DNA from: Octopus vulgaris
Taxonomy: Eukaryota
Length of the DNA: 64,000 nt
Reading direction: 5' to 3'
NCBI GenBank assembly: GCA_951406725.2
Contig: OX597841.1
Location: 20,150,001 to 20,214,000 of the forward strand
Shown here: positions 36,883 to 49,490 of the stretch, one piece after another
Layout of the letters: each line of letters starts with the position of its first letter
Position numbering within the stretch: the first letter of the stretch is position 1
The notes under the pieces: generated by a model
The model's database searches: none
What the model saw: only the letters and a program-made list of their open reading frames with translations
What the model was told of the DNA's origin: nothing
Position numbers and translations under genes: made by a program

Positions 36883-38503
36883 CAATGTTGCTGTATTTAA
36901 TCCCCGTAACTTAGCGGTTCAGCAAAAGAGACTGATAGAATAAGTACCATGTTTGCAAAGAATAAGTCCTGGGGTCGATTTCTTCAAATAAAAGACCCTT
37001 TAAGATGATGCTCCAGCATGGTCACAGTCAAATGACTGAAACGAGTAAAAGAATACATAGATCAGAATTGGGTCCCTAGACCCCTGACCTCCCTTTGCAG
37101 GTCAAGGTAGCTGGGAGTGGACAACCAAGATGTCTTGCCTCACCTTCTTCTCTGCACTCCACAATCTATTGCTGAAGCTGCCTTCCTCTCCATTGAACAT
37201 TGACGATTTCTTCTGCAGAGGACCCCAGATCCTGTCTTTGTATGCATTGGTAAGCAAGCCCTAATATGCTAATTAACCCACAGCTGGGACCCTGACAGGT
37301 GCTACTACTCAATAGTAGCACTCCTCAAAAACAATCTGTTACACAACACCACTCCATGGTGCACTTGCACCACCACCCCATACTAATTTTCACCATTCTG
37401 TATCACACTTGACTACTCCATACCACTCCAGTCCACCACTCCCATCATGCCATACCAAACTGCACCACAACATAGTACACTACACTAACTCATGAGTGCC
37501 CTCTGTGTGGTTGCTTAACCTGCTAGAAACAGAAACCAAATCTCCATCAAATAACACTTGACCATCTTAAAAAGGGAAGTGCTCATTAGATGACATCTTT
37601 TTGGACACTTTGAAAAGACAAGATTGTCACAGTTCAAATGTCATCGATCACAGGATTGACTTAACACCATCATACCTTACAAGTCAATGAAAGAATCTCT
37701 TCAGAGTAGCTAGACTTTAGAAATTGCAGCTGAATGTCCTTCAAATCCACTAGCATAGCTAGAGTGTGTGCCAACCAGGGCAGCACTTCCGTTGGTAACT
37801 CCCAGACCCCACAAAAAAAAAACACATATTGCCTACAGCAGACCCAAAAGTGCTGCCCAGGGCAGACCTCCACCACCATCCCCCCACCCTAGTCACACTA
37901 GTGCTCAAATCACACCTAAGTGTCTTATGTATGTATCTATGTATCAGCCAGTGAGGGAGATTGGTGCATGGTGGCGAGATCTGATATAAACTGCTGCCAA
38001 ATCTCCTTCAAATGTTTGTTGGAATCAAAGAAGGAAACCTCTGCATGGCAACTAGGCCTAATAGAAACAGAAGTCAAATCTCCCTCAAATCACATATTAG
38101 TGTTATGTATATATGTATGTGCCAATGAAGGAGAGCTCTGCATAGTAAAAACAGCAGCCAAATCTCCCTCAAATCCTACCCTGCTGTCTGGTGTAGATAT
38201 GTATGTATGAATCGATGAGGAAGACATATACAGGATTGTTAGGCTTGTTACAAATAGCCAATAAATATCCCTTAAATCAGATCATTCTGGCTTTGAAAAG
38301 GGACAAAAACAATGTTGGACAATTGTGTATTTTGGGTTCACAATTGAAGTGCTTTCGATCATAGGTTTGTTCAGCTAGGGGCAACATGGGATGAAACAAT
38401 AGCAACAACACATCTGATTCTATGCTACCATAGCATAATACATCTTATCTCACCCTACCATGACGTACACCAATCAATGTTTTCATTGTCAAACTCCCAA
38501 CAG

Positions 38504-38620
38504 ACTTCGCAAGACCCTGGTCCACCACAACACTTGCCATCTGCATCAAATGCTCGGGGACTTCCTGTCACAGACCAACGAAGCACTGGAGGCTGTCAAT
38601 CACTACAGCATAGCCCTCAG
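38504..38620 (+). CDS. ANAPC7: ANAPC7 coding exon L
   Basis: acag| ... |gtaaac; LRKTLVHHNTCHLHQMLGDFLSQTNEALEAVNHYSIAL(R) (LGDFL and YSIAL motifs); phase 2/2. Confidence 0.94.
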
Positions 38621-38949
38621 GTAAACTCACTTTTGCTTTTCATTTTGTTTATTTTTGTGTATTTATCACACATCATCATTTAACGTCTGTCTTCCGTGCT
38701 GGCATGGGTTGGACAGTTTGACAGGGGCTGGCCAGGCAAAGGACACACCAAGCTCCACTCTCTGTATTGGCATGCCCTTCCTAACACCAGCTGCCTTACA
38801 GAATGGACTTATATAGCTTGTGACACCTGTGCTGCAGAAACATAAAAGACACACAGTACACTCATAGAATAATTAGTAGGTGGTGCTCCAGTATGGCCGC
38901 AGTCACATCACTGAAACAAGTAAAACAATAAAAAAACTATGCCAATTTA

Positions 38950-39241
38950 GTCCCGAACAAGGCCAGGTGTCTCTGCTAGTGTATATAAAACTGAGGATGT
39001 GTGTGTGTATGTGTGCATCACTACAACTCAAGAACTCCCCAACCGATTTCATTTAAATTTTACGCATGCCTTACTCAGGGTCCATGCAGGGTCATGGGCC
39101 AAAGGAATTTTCAACTTCTTGCCTAATGCAAACCCAGAGCAGTCTCTCATCTCTTACACTATTTCAGTATTGTGTGTCAAAAGTGAAACAATAACATCTC
39201 TATTGTAATATGAGAGACTTTCAGTTTTAATACTGAAACTT
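38950..39241 (+). mobile_element. Helitron 3' end joined to a Helitron 5' segment
   Basis: ..ggccaggtgtctctgCTAGT gtatataaaactgagg..; 38981-39241 is homologous to 24165-24435. Confidence 0.7.
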
Positions 39242-39360
39242 ATCTCACTTACATATATACATATACAAACACACACACATATATGCATCTATATATGTGT
39301 ATATACATATGCACATGTTTGTATATATGTATGTATATATAGATCTATATGTATACATGC

Positions 39361-39390
<30 letters not shown>

Positions 39391-39391
<1 letters not shown>

Positions 39392-39810
39392 GTGGTTGTA
39401 TACTGTCAACTTAATGTGGCAGTCCCATGAAGGGAATCACACCACCGCTATTTAGCCCTAGGAAGCATAAACGCTTCCTGTCGGCCTCGACACATTTCCT
39501 GTGTCCTTATGTTTACAAAGGGGAGACAAGCACCCACAACAGCTAAGCCTGCATCCAGAGACATGTTTCCGAGTCTTTGCTCATCATCAGTCTGGGGTAG
39601 CATGACCTGCTAGTTGGGGATGCCTGTCTAGCCTTTGTAAACATATTTTCAGTGGAGTATATTCACTGATCACCAAAATTAGAAATATTAAATTTCTAAA
39701 TATCTCAGAGAGATATAAGCAGTGGTGGAACGATAGATAGCAGTGATGTAATTCCCTTTCTGGGACTGTCACGTTAAGTTGACAGTATACAACCGCTCTA
39801 TCGTTCCACC
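39391..39810 (-). mobile_element. Element with about 64-bp inverted ends and an intact hammerhead motif (39555-39595)
   Basis: Arms 39391-39455 / 39734-39797; minus: CCAGA-CUGAUGA-UGAG-caaaga-CUCG-GAAA-CAUG-UC-UCUGG. Confidence 0.8.
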
Positions 39811-39978
39811 AATTCGAGGAGCCTGATTAATGTTTGTTGCAAATTTGGGGGGAAGTGACTGGATGCTATATTACAGGCCTGAATGCTACAAGAATACATA
39901 CTACTTGTCAATTATGTCCCTGTCTTTCCTCTCTCTCTCTCTCATTTTGACTCTACACATATTTTTCTCCCTCAAAAG

Positions 39979-40114
39979 GATGGACCCAGCCAATTTACCT
40001 GCAAAGGAGGGCATCCAAAGAATTGAGAAGCAAACAGACAATGGCCTGGAAGGTTCCTACGACATGGAGGTTGAAGATATGGAAGGCAGTGACAATGACG
40101 TCAACAATCCCCTG
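39979..40114 (+). CDS. ANAPC7: ANAPC7 coding exon M
   Basis: aaag| ... |gtaaga; MDPANLPAKEGIQRIEKQTDNGLEGSYDMEVEDMEGSDNDVNNPL (acidic tail, DMEGS); phase 2/0. Confidence 0.9.
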
Positions 40115-41746
40115 GTAAGATCAATGACCTGTTGTTAATGGCTGGAATAAGTAATGCTTTCTTTCATCGAAACCTATGTATATACCTGTTCAAGAAAGAA
40201 TCTAGTAAAAGAAGGTAAAACGATGTTGTAATAAAAGAAGAATTTAATAGATTGAAAGCACTCATTAGTTTCTGACTTTTTTTCACAACCATCGAAGCCT
40301 GAAACGCTCCTCATGAATTCATGAAATGGTTGTGACCCGTAAACAGTTTTGAGTAGGAACCAGAAAGGGAAGCATGAATATGTGTGCAATGAAGTGTGCA
40401 ATGCACATGTGCACACTGAATTTGTAAAATGGAAGAGAAGATACTTCAAACCACAGTTTTTTATTTCATTGAAATATAGGTATATATTCAAGGAAGAATT
40501 AACCGTTTGGCTTTCAGATTATTCTGTCAAATGTAAAACGTATTCATTTATATTTCGCTGAACTAATCCTGCATTATCTCATAGTTTTGATATTTCAATG
40601 ATGATGATGATGATCATCATCATCATCGTTTAACGTCCGCTCGACTAAGATTCTTCAAGTCAGTGCCCCAGCATGGCCAGAGTCTAATGACTGAAACAAG
40701 TAAAAGATAAAAGATTCGTAAATTTTCTTAAGAGAGATTTAACCCTTTAGCATTGAAACAAGCCATGTCCAGCCCAAATACTTAACATGTTTTATATTGA
40801 AACCTGCCAGATTTGACCTCTCCCACCTACAATGTCATTCTGAATGGAAACAATCACATCATGAACATTTCAAAGCGATGAGATAATGAAGGATTAATTG
40901 AAAACAATGTGAATAACTGAGCATCACTTTCGACCGAGGAATCAGAAATGGGGAAAGAGTTAAACAATGGAAATTCATTATTTTCATTCCATTTTGTAAA
41001 AAAAACCAAACTTCTTTCAAAAAAAGATTTTTTTTTTTTTTGGAAGTTGTTGCTGAATGTCTTTAATGATGATGCTGAAAAATATAGACTAAAACTAATT
41101 AGAAATTGGTATATGAGTGGTAGCGATGGGGTGGTGGTCACTGTGATTGACTTAACTGCAGCCATGATAGGGCACCACCTTCTTAATAAATTTTATTGAA
41201 TGGGTTAAAATTCTGATCTTTTATATATATATGTGTGTGTGTATGTTATCATCATATATATATATGTTATATGCCTGCTTTTCATGCTGGCATGGGTTGG
41301 ATGGCTTAACAGTAGCTGTAAGGCTCTGAGAGTCTGTTTTTTGGCCTGGTTTCTACAGCTGGATGCCTTTCCTAACACCAACCACTTTGCTGAGAGTACC
41401 AGCACAAGTATCAATTCTACCCGGGTGGACAGGTCTTCTTGAGGCACCAGATACCTCATTCCTTTATCATCTCCTTTGTAAGGTTCAACATTTTGAGATC
41501 AGCCTTCAATACTTCGTCCGATGTCTTCCTGGGTCTCCTTCGTCCACAGCTTCCCTTCACATTAAGTGATCATCCAACAGAATGGATATTGTTATTTGTT
41601 GTCCACAGAAGCACTTTGACCATTTTATCCAGGGGTCAAACAAAAGGGGTCATTCAAACAGATTTGTTTTGTTTTTGTTTTGTTTTTCTGTTCATGTCTT
41701 GATTGAAATTGGTTTCTTTAGTAATTGTTTCTTTCTTATTTGACAG

Positions 41747-41803
41747 GGAGACCTAGAAGGCAGTGACGTGGAAAGCAACTGGTCGGAGACTGACTTCAGC
41801 TAG
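41747..41803 (+). CDS. ANAPC7: ANAPC7 last coding exon with stop
   Basis: acag|; GDLEGSDVESNWSETDFS* (APC7 GDLEGSD motif); TAG at 41801-41803. Confidence 0.93.
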   Translation, partial: GDLEGSDVESNWSETDFS

Positions 41804-41896
41804 CAGACCACCACCCCTGACCCTCAGTCCACCACAACCCCATTTACTCCCTGCGATATTAGTTTTAAGAGAGAAACAATACAGACGATCTCTTAT

Positions 41897-41931
<35 letters not shown>

Positions 41932-42459
41932 CTCTCACCACCACCCACTCACTTTTCTTCTTTGTCTTCTCATGCAACATTGCACTGCCACAACAACAGT
42001 TACACAACTACCACCACCACAACACTGTCACATGACACTACTACACTTCAAAAGGATTCTTTTACTACTGCCTCAACACAACCAAGCAACATATATTTTT
42101 GTTTGTGTGCGTGTGTGTGTATGTATATATGTATGTGTATATATATATATGTATGTATATGTATGTATGTATATATTCGCCATGTTGGACCACTGAACTC
42201 TACAAGTTTTTCTCATTCTCTCTCTGTTTATTTCCTCTTATTCCTTTCTGTTGAAGAGCAGAGGCTCGAAATGTAAAAGACTTTTTCATTTTTCTCAAGC
42301 GTCGAACTAATACACTTGCTTGTTCATACACCTGTCTTTGTCTTTTGTTTTTCTATAAATTTCTATATATGTATATGTATGTATATATATATGTGTGTGT
42401 GTGTGTATGTGTGTATATTTATATATGGATGTGTGTATGTATATATATATATTTATATA

Positions 42460-43600
42460 TCATCATTGTTTAACGTCCGTTTTCCGTGCTAGCACGGGTT
42501 GGACAGTTCAACCGGGGTCTGGGAAACCAGGAGGCTGCACCAGGCTCCAGTCTGATCAGGATGCCCTTCCTAACGCCAACCACTCCGTGAGTGTACTGGG
42601 TGCTTTTTACGTGCCACCAGCACAGGTGCCAGGGGAGGCTGGCGGAAGCCACGATCAGTTGGTGCTTTTTATGTGCCATTGGCACAGAAGCCAGTCAAGG
42701 CGGAGCTAGCATCGGCCACGTTCGGATGGTGCTTTTTACGTGCCACCGGCACAGAAGCCAGTCAAGGTGGCGCTGGCATCAGCCACGCTCGGATGGTGCT
42801 TTTTACGTGCCACCGGCACAGGTGCCAGGGGAGGCTGGCAGCGGACACGATCAGTTGGTGCTTTTTACGTGCCACAAGCACAGAAGCCAGTCAAGGCGGA
42901 GCTGGCATCGGCCACGTTCGGATGGTGCTTTTTACGTGCCACTGGCACAGGTATCACAACTACTACTTCCATTTGATATTTATTGTGATGTTGATGTACT
43001 TGACTCAATAGGTCTCCTCAAGCACAGCAGGTCACCCTACGATCCAAGGTAAGCACAGCAGGTCGTTCTGCAATCCAAGGTACTTTGGATGGGCTGGGGC
43101 TATGCGAAACTGGTGCAGGAAGCAGCCATGAACTCATATTATTTGCTGGGTCTTTGCAATCACAGCATACCTCCAGAGGTCTCGGTCTTTCGTCATTGCC
43201 TCTGTGAGGCCCAACGTTCGAAGGTCATTCTTGACTACCACATCCCATATCTTCCTGGGTCTACCTCTTCCCCTGATACCTTCAACTGTTTGGGAGTGGC
43301 ACTTCTTCACACATCTCTCCTCACCAATCCGCAGTACATGACCATACCAGCGCAAGCGTCGCTCTTGCACACCACATCTGATGCTTCTTATGTCCAGCAT
43401 TTCTCTCAGGGCGCTTACACTCTGTCGTGTGTGCACACTGACATTACACATCCAACGGATTATGCTAGCTTCATTTCTTTCAAGCCTACGCATGTCCTCT
43501 GCAGTCATGGCCCATGTTTCACTACCGTGAAGCATGCCGGTTCACACACATGCATTGTACAATCTACCTTTCACTCTGAGCGAGAGACCCTTTGTCACCA
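42460..43600 (-). mobile_element. RTE-clade LINE 3' end (ORF2 C-terminus plus repeat-rich 3'UTR)
   Basis: MLHGSETWAMT..RRLRWYGHVLR..RGRGRPRKIW..DRDLWR; UTR of gtgccaccggcac sub-repeats; (TGA)n-type tail; many UTR-only copies across the window. Confidence 0.92.
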
Positions 43601-45826
43601 GTAGGAGTAGGAGCTATGTATGTATATATATATATCTATATATATATGCATGTATGTGTATATATGTGGTTGACATTAGGAAGGGCATCGAGCTGTTGAA
43701 ACCTTGCCAGATCAAACTGGAGCCTGGCAACTCCTGGCTTGCCAATCCTCAGTCAAACTGTCCAACCCATGCCAGCATGGAAAGTGGATGTTGAACAATG
43801 ATGATGATGGTGTGTGTGGGTGTGTATGTGTATATATATATATATACATGTGTGTGTGTGCATGTTTATATATATGTATATGTGTATGTGTATATCACAC
43901 GTGTGTGTGTGTGAATGTATTTGTGTGTTCACGTATGTGTGTGCCAATCTTGGAAATGTGGTTGAGAAGGCGGAATTAGAATTAGCTTAAAATCAGAAGA
44001 CCGAAAGCTGAAGCAACCAGGTGAGCGACACCTGAGCAGATTCACCTTTAAAAGAAACAGGGAAATAGAAATGCCAAACCGGGATGTGATATCAGAGACC
44101 CCTAAGTGCAAACTGAAACATCCATTAAACACTTCTGTCCTGAAACTTTCATTATTCACTGTTTTCCTTTTCTTGGAACAGAAGCAGAAATTAAATGATT
44201 GAAAGACAGAATTTCTGTTATTGTGAAGTGGAAGAGAACGAGCAGCGGATGTGCTTTTGTATCAAAATTCAGCCCTTTAACAATGTGGCATGTTTATTTT
44301 TGTACTGGAAGAAAACATTTAGAATATGGAATGATAAGAGACTTCAAAGAATGAGGTTTTTGATAAACTGTTTAAGGTTTATGTCTACGTTAAGGCATCC
44401 CCACATTACACTTTTATTATCTATTTCATAGGCACAAGTTTGGCTGTGAAATTCAGCTTCCCAACCATGTGGTTTCATGTTCAGTTCCATTCTGTGGCAC
44501 ATTGGGCAAGTGTCTTTTACAGCTCCAGGCGAAAAGTCTTGTGATGGATTTCAGGGACAGAAATTAAATGAAGCCCATCATGTGTGTGTGTGTGTATCTA
44601 TGTTTATCTATATATGTATAACTCCCTATATCTCTGTCATACTCCCACCTTTCATCTCTGACACAAGTTCCCTTCCTCAAATACCCCTACCCCTCTCGTA
44701 ATTCCTTGTCTTGCAAGTTACTTGGTGACTGTAAAGTGGTTGGCATTTGGAAGGGTATCTAGGTGTAAAAATCATGCCAAAACTAGCCTCGCCTGTGCTA
44801 GTGCTACGTAAAAAGTACCGAGTCCTCTCTGCAGAGTGGTTGGTGTTAGGAAGGGCGTCCAGCCATAAAAACCCTGCCAAAACGCACAGTAGCCTAGGGT
44901 AGTTTTCTTCCTGGCTGGCTCCTGTCAACCGTCCTACCCATGCGTGCATGGAAGATGATGATTTTATATATTATATTATATATATATATATATAGTGTGT
45001 GTGTAATATACACACACAAGCATGTATGGGTTAGTGTGTGTGTGTGTGTGTTTGTCCTGGCATTGCATGGTAGTTGTCAAATCATGCAGTGTCCTTCATT
45101 TTCAAGATTCTGCAAACCCGTCTGGCCACATGCAAATGTTTATCTTACTTGGAAGCAGGTGAAGATTGGTGACAGAGAAAGCATCCAACTGTAGAAAATC
45201 TGCCTCAATAAATTCTTGTCGACCCCTGCAAGTTTTTAAAAGTGAACATTAAAACAATGATGAGGATGATGGTTTTCTGTAAGTAAAGATACTTGCCACA
45301 TTTTGCTTGTCTTGTTTTGACGTAGTATTATCTCGTTGTGGCTGGATAATAATGTCTTTATTGCATTGAAATATAGGTCTATATTTAAGCAAGAAATAAA
45401 AGATGGTGAAATTATACTGAAATGAAAAGAATATTTATTAGGCTCAGGCGTAGCTGTGTGGCCTGGGGCTGTTAGTAGAAAACACTCCCCCAAGGTGCCC
45501 CTGTTTGGCACCTTGGGCGAGTGTTTTCCACTTATAGCCTCAGACTGACCAAAAACTTGTGAGTGGATTTTGTAGATGGAAACTGAAAGAAGCCCATCAG
45601 ATATATGACAGCGGCAGTGGCTTTATCTCATATCCAAGAATTTAGCTTCTTTGTTGAATGCTTTTTTTATGGTGATGACTAATTAGACTAATTCTTGTAT
45701 AAAAGAGTCGATGGTATTGACTGCCTCTGGTAGTGTTAATAGAGAATGAGGTTGATTTTATTTAGCCTTTCTGTCATTTGATTTCTTAATTTTTTTCTCT
45801 CCTGGTGGCTTTGAAGTTTTATATAT

Positions 45827-45859
<33 letters not shown>

Positions 45860-47239
45860 AGTTCTTAAGTAGAGAGAAGATGGACTTGGTATAAATCTTT
45901 ATTTAGAATAAGTGTTCTTTCAACCCATCCTGTTACTCTCCCTTATAGATGGCACTCCTTTCAACATGTTGCATTGCATCAGTTTTGTAGTTTATGTATG
46001 GATGTACCTGATGAGACCCAGATTGCAAAATTGATGCAAGACAACATGTTGAACAGGGTCCTGCCAATAAGGGTCAAAATGACCACTGTACAAAGTAAGG
46101 GTTAATACCAAATCCATCTTCTGGTTGCTAAAGAAATTATCATCTCAACTAACCCTGCTGAGTTCCTAAAGTAGATCCAATGAAAACCTACCCCGACTGC
46201 GGATGATACCAGGGATCCCAAACCGTGCCGGTCCTCTACTCAACACTTCAACACCCTAACTGACATATATCCATTAGTCCAAAACTATTAAATATATACA
46301 TATATACATCTGTGGTTGGCATTGTGTCTGTGCCTCCACCACCACTTGCCAACTAGTGTTGGTGTGTTTTCTAGGTTTACCAAAATTACTGGGATCTGTT
46401 CATTCGACTAAAAATTCTTCGGGGTGAAGTTTCTTAAGACCATTCTTACGTAACATAATAACAAAAAAGGTACGTAGCCTAGTGGTTTGGGTATTTGGCT
46501 CATAATCATGTGGTCATGAGTTCAATTCACAGTGGCATGTGTCCTTGAGCAAGACACTTTATTTCACATTGTTCCGGTCCACTGAACTGGCAAAAATGAA
46601 TAGTACCAGTAATTCAAAAGGGCCAGCCTTGTCACATTCTGTGTTACACTGAATCTCCTTGAGAACTACGTTAAGGGTTCACGTGTCTGTGGAGTACTCA
46701 GCCACTTACACGTTAATTTCATGAACTGGCTGTTCCATTGATCAGCTTAACTGGAACCCTCATCATTGTAACCGAGTGCCAGTGTGTGTGAGATCAGGAG
46801 TTCGAGCCCTAGCATCACATTGTGTCTTTGAGCTGGCAAAAGCAAGTTGTAATTGAAAAGGGCCAACCTTGTCAACCTCTGCGGAGTACTCAACCACTTG
46901 TGCATTAATTTCATGAGCAGCTGTTCCGTTGATTGGATCAACTGAAACCCTTGTCATCATCAATGACGGAGTGCCAAAAAAAGATCTTTTTTAATAAATA
47001 AATATGTTAGATTATTTTTCCATAAAATATCTTAAAGTTCAATGTTCTTAGTATTTGATCTTTTAAGTTGTTTGTCCTGAGTTTTAGGTTATTTGAATTC
47101 AACCTTCTCACATTATGACCCTAACCTGTATATATATATATGTGTGTGTCTATATGTGTATGTATATATATTTATATGTATATATATCATAACCATTTTT
47201 CATTACTTTTCCATGCTTGCTTGCGTGATATAGTTTGTA

Positions 47240-47290
<51 letters not shown>

Positions 47291-47746
47291 GCATATATGT
47301 AAATAAATATATATAAACACAGCTTTAGTTTTGGGTCCTCGTATACTACCCACACACACATACATACATATATATATATATATATGCACAAACATTTGTA
47401 CATATATCTGTGTATGTGTATATATGTATTAGATATTGATATGTGTGTATATTTATATATATAGATATTCAATTACAAATTGAAAGCAGCACTTGTGTTG
47501 TAAACATTATCAATCAAACATGCTCAATGCATGTGCTTTGTTTGTTCACCAGTATACTGCGGAGTAGCATTGTGGAGGTGACTCCCTACAAATACTGGGT
47601 TTTAAAATACCTGAAAGTCATAGACAAGCAAGACAACTCAGCCACCTGTCTATGACTTTCTTGTGTTTTAACACCCAGTGCTTTGAGTGGGTGATTCAGG
47701 GGGTCAAACAACTAAATCCTCATCCAGAAACAGTGTATCATCCATC

Positions 47747-47777
<31 letters not shown>

Positions 47778-47848
47778 ATATTGTCATGTATGTTGTCATC
47801 ATCATAACAGGATACAGCAAGCTGCAAGGTTGTATCAAGCTCCACTAT

Positions 47849-47885
<37 letters not shown>

Positions 47886-48659
47886 TGTGGTCAGTCTGTG
47901 TAGTTTTATGTTCTTAGCAGCAATATGACAAAGTAAGCCAAGGTTATTCAAGGTCTTATCTCTTCAGACCTTATCTCAGAAAGTGATAAGGTCTGAAGAT
48001 ATCAGACCATGAATACGTATGAAGAGGCAGAAGAGGTTCAGGGATGTTTAGATAAAGAGAATGGATTAAATAGTTACGTCGACAGATTTGCGTATATGTT
48101 GTTGAATGGGATATATCATGTGATGACGTGACTGACCAGGCTATCGGATGTTGTTACACATCACTGGTCATGATGCACTTTACATTGGTTTAGCTTTTGA
48201 GCGACACCACACTGCTGGTTAGGTAAGCAGGGCAACAGGCAGGAATTTGTTGCATTTGTGCATTTCACTAAGACATGGAGTTTTTATGTTTCTTTAACAT
48301 TGTGGGTGCAGGAATGTCTGTGGTTAAGAAGTTCACGTCCAGATCATATAGTTTGAGTTCAGCCTCACTGTGTGGCACTTTGGGCCTTCTATTATAGCCT
48401 TGGGCCAACCAAAGCCTTGTGCGTGGATTTGATAGACAGAAACTGAAAAATGGCCTTTCTTATATATATACCTTTTACTTGTGTCATGCTGGGGCACTGT
48501 CTTGAGGAATTTTTAGTAAAATGTATTGACCCTGGTACTTATTGTTTTGACAAACCACTGAGTTACAGGGATGTAAACACACCAGCACCTAACATGCAGT
48601 GGTGTGGAGACAAACACAGGCACAAAGACACACGCATAAGTATATATATATATACATAC

Positions 48660-48950
48660 ATACCACAGTGTCAGTGTCTTGAGAAAAAAGTTGGGCATAA
48701 GAGGCATCAGATGTGGTGTGCAAGAGAGACGACTGCACTGGTGTGGTCAAGTAATGCAATGGGAGAGCTGTGTGAAGAAATGCCAGTTTGTCACTGTAGA
48801 GGGAACCTCTGAAATGAGGCAATGACAAGTGACCGAGACCTTTTCCAATATCCTGCACATCAGAAGAGCCATCAAGCCAAGTGAAATTGCAGTGGAGACC
48901 AATGCTAGTGTCTTCTTGTAACTAGCGCTTGTGCCTGCAGCGTGTAAAAA
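48660..48950 (+). mobile_element. Decayed RTE LINE fragment
   Basis: Reverse-complement match to 43150-43420 (ggcataagaggcatcagatgtggtgtgcaagagagacgactg). Confidence 0.7.
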
Positions 48951-49414
48951 CTCTTTAAGGTTCTCCAAAAGAAACTGATAAAGTATCAAACTTAAGAAAA
49001 AGGAAATCTGTAATAGGTCTGTGTTTATCAGTTAAACCCAGTGCTCCAGCATGGCCACAATCCACTGACTGTAACAAGAATTTATATATGTATGCATATT
49101 TATGTGTTTGTATATATGTACATATGTGTGTGTGTGTGTATAAATCTGTTTGTGTATGCATATTTAAAAAGCATGACTTAGCAATTGGGGGCAGCAAAAA
49201 ATAAGTATCAGGTAGAAACAAGAACAGGGCTTTATAGACAAGCAACTCAGCCACCTGTCTATGACTTTCTTGTGTTTTAACACCCAGCGCTTTGACTGGG
49301 TGATTCAGGGAGTCAAACAACTAAATCCTTGAAGACACAGTTGCAGTCAATTGAACACAGCCAATGAGGATATATATTCTCTGCAAATCATACGTGGAAT
49401 GACACTCCACTTAC

Positions 49415-49490
<76 letters not shown>

